Of a stretch of DNA of 64,000 nt, positions 61,255-64,000 are shown one piece after another (the stretch's first letter is position 1; every line of letters starts with the position of its first letter). The translations under genes were made by a program, and so were the position numbers. The DNA comes from Squalus acanthias (taxonomy: Eukaryota), in contig JASTWF010000639.1 in NCBI GenBank assembly GCA_030390025.1, forward strand, positions 1 to 64,000, in the 5' to 3' direction. The notes beneath the pieces are model-generated. The model worked only from the letters and a program-made list of their open reading frames with translations. It did no database searches and was not told the origin of the DNA.

Positions 61255-62527
61255 ATCACGGGATTGGGGGTAATATTCTGGCATGGATAGAGGATTGGCT
61301 ATCTAACAGAAAGCAAAGAGTTGGGATAAATGGTTCATTCTCAGACTGGCAATCAGTAACTAGTGGTGTTCCACAGGGGTCAGTGCTGGGTCCCCAACTC
61401 TTCACAATCTATATTAACGATTTGGAGGAAGGGACCAAGTGTAACATATCAAAATTTGCAGATGATACAAAGATGGGAGGGAAAGTAGTGAGTGAGGAGG
61501 ACATAAAAAACCTGCAAGGGGACATAGACAGGCTAAGTAAGTGGGCAGAGATTTGGCAGATGGAATACAACACTGGAAAGTGTGAGGTGATGCACTTTGG
61601 CAGGAAAAATCCTAGAGCAATTTATTATCTTAATGGCAAGAAACTGGAGAGTACTGAAGTGCAAAGGGATCTGGGGGTCCTGGTGCACGAAACTCAAAAG
61701 GTTAGTATGCAGGTGCAGCAAGTGATTAAGAAGGCAAATGGAATGTTGGCTTTCATTGCTAGGGGGATAGAATATAAAAATAGGGAGGTATTGCTTCAGT
61801 TGTACAAGGTATTGGTGAGACCGCACCTGAAATACTGCATAGTTTTGGTGTCCTTACTTAAGGAAAGACATCCTTGCTCTCGAGGCAGTGCAAAAAAGGT
61901 TCACTCGGTTAATCCCGGGGATGAGGGGGTGGTCATATGAGGAGAGGTTGGGTAGATTGGGACTCTACTCATTGGAGTTCAGAAGAATGAGAGGCGATCT
62001 TATTGAAACATATAAGATTGTGAAGGGGTTGGATCGGGTGGATGCGGGGAGGATGTTCCCGATGACGGGTGAGACTAGAACTAGGGGGCATAGTCTTAGA
62101 ATAAGGGGCTGCTCTTTCAAAACTGAGATGAGGAGGAACTACTTCACTCAGAGGGTGGTAGGTCCATGGAATATGCTGCCACAAAAAGCTGTAGAAGCTA
62201 CATCATTAAATAAATTTAAAACAGAAATAGACAGTTTCCTAGAAGTAAAGGGAATTAAGGGTTACGGGGAGCGGGCAGGAATTTGGACATGAGTCTAGGT
62301 TCGGATCGGTCATGGCCCTGTGGGTAGTGGAGCGGGCCCAGGGACCGTGTAGCCTGATTCTGCTCCTATATCGTGTGTGCAATTCTGTTAGATGCAGGAG
62401 ATGGTTCTGTGATAGATAGTAGATTGGCGGTTAGGATCAGATCAGCCATGATCTCATTGAATGGCGGAGCAGGCTCGAGGGGCCGATTGGCCTACTCCTG
62501 CTCCTATTTCTTATGTTCTTATGTTCT
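61255..62527 (+). mobile_element. CR1 RT and 3' end nested in an oppositely oriented CR1 (61020-61250 and 62530-62955)
   Basis: GVPQGSVLGP, FADD, tail ttcttatgttcttatg; the minus-strand host resumes at about 62530. Confidence 0.85.
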
Positions 62528-62984
62528 TATCTCAGTCCTCAATGGCCGACCCCTTATCCTGAGACTGTGACCCCTGGTTCGAGACTCTCCAGCCAGGGGG
62601 AAACAGCCTCTCAGCATCTACCCTGTCAATCCCTCTAAGAATTTGATGTGTTTCAATGAGATCACCTCTCATTCCTCTGAACTCCAGAGAGTATAGGTCC
62701 AATCTACTCAATCTCTCCTCATAGGACAGCCCTCTCATCCCAGGAATCAATCTAGTGAACCTTCGTTGCACCCCCTCGAAGGCAAGTATATCCTTCCTCA
62801 GATAAGGAGACCAAAACTGTGCACAGTGCTCCAGGTGTGGTCTCACCAAGCCCCTGTACAATTGTAGTAAGATTTCCTTACTCTTGTACTCCAAGCCCCT
62901 TGCAATAAAGCCCAACACACAATTTGCCTTGCTAATTGCTTGCGGTACCTGCATGCTAATGCTCTGTGACTCGTTCTTATGTTA

Positions 62985-64000
62985 GTGTCAGTGGGCAGCG
63001 CTCTCACCTCTGACTCAGAAGACTCTGGGTTAAAGTCCAGGGGCTTGAGCACAAAATCTAGCCTGACATTCGAGTGCTGAACTGAGGGAGCGCCGCACTG
63101 TCGGAGGGGCAGTACTGAGGGAGCGCCGCACTGTCGGAGGGGCGGTACTGAGGGAGTGCCGCACTGTCCGAGGGGCGGCACTGAGGGAGCGCCGCACTGT
63201 CGGAGGGGCGGCACTGAGGGAGCGCCGCACTGTCGGAGGGGCAGCACTGAGGGAGCGCCGCTCTGTCGGAGGGACAGGACTGAGGGAGCGCCTCACTGTC
63301 GGAGGGGCAGTACTGAGGGGGGGCAGTACTGAGGGAGCGCCGCACTGTCGGAGGGGCAGTACTGAGGGAGCACTGCACGGTCGGAGGGGCAGTACTGAGG
63401 GACTGCCGCACTGTCAGAGGGGCGGTACTGAGGGAGCGTCGCACTGTCGGAGGGGCAGTACTGAGGGAGCGCCGCACTGTCGGAGGGGCAGTACTGAGGG
63501 AGCGCCTCACTGTCGGAGGGGCAGTACTGAGGGAGCACCGCACTGTAAGAGGGGCAGTACTGAGAGAGCGCCGCTTTGTCGGAGGGGCGGCACTGAGGGA
63601 GCGCCGCACTGTCGGAGGGGCGGCACTGAGGGAGCGCCGCACTGTCGGAGGGGCGGTACTGAGGGAGCGCCGCACTGTCGGAGGGGCGGTACTGAGGGAG
63701 CGCCGCACTGTCGGAGGGGCAGTACTGAGGGAGCGCCGCACTGTCGGAGGGGCAGTACCGAGGGAGCGCCGCACTGTCGGAGGGGCGGTAGCGAGGGAGC
63801 GCCGCACTGTCGGAGGGGCAGTACTGAGGGAGCGCCTCCCCGGTGTCCTGGGGCCAATATTTAATCCTTCAATCAACATCACTAAAAAACAGATGATCTG
63901 GGTCATTGTCACATTGCTGGTTGTGGGAGCTTGCTGTGCGCCAATTGGCTGCCGCATTTCCTACATTACGACAGTGAGTGACCACACTTCAAAAATAAGT
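62985..64000 (+). mobile_element. tRNA-headed Deu-domain SINE with 33-bp array (about 63080-63836)
   Basis: Head cagtgggcagcgctctcacctctgactcagaag, array, then ccccggtgtcctggggccaatattt body; part of the Deu domain is missing. Confidence 0.75.

Noticed and set aside
61002-64000. Transmembrane or cytoplasmic exons for gene B (and for gene A in 1-2536)
   Set aside because: These stretches are accounted for by LINE, SINE and minisatellite sequence; no hydrophobic exon with splice sites was seen.

Overview
Eukaryotic, repeat-dense window, most likely from a shark or other cartilaginous fish (inferred from HE1-type and Deu-domain SINEs and the CR1/L2 LINE content). It holds the 5' halves of two divergently transcribed (head-to-head) Siglec-family genes. 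Gene A (- strand) has a signal exon, a V-set exon and three further Ig exons; gene B (+ strand) has a signal exon, a V-set exon and two further Ig exons. All coding exons join in phase 1 with GT/AG ends. Both V-set domains keep the Siglec cysteine pattern and the essential F-strand Arg. Transmembrane and cytoplasmic exons lie outside the window. The rest is mostly CR1, L2, RTE and Tx1 LINE fragments, SINEs, two PIF/Harbinger-like MITEs and large minisatellites, many of which are tandem expansions of a fixed internal segment of a retroposon. Other notable items: two minimal type I hammerhead-ribozyme motifs of Penelope type, one inside a 445-bp insertion with a 10-bp target-site duplication (TSD); and a tRNA-Lys(CTT) copy whose 3' end was hit by a CR1 with a 22-bp TSD and which sits between two inverted CR1 copies. 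Repeat boundaries are approximate; N gaps lie at about 27994-28740 and 31097-31937.
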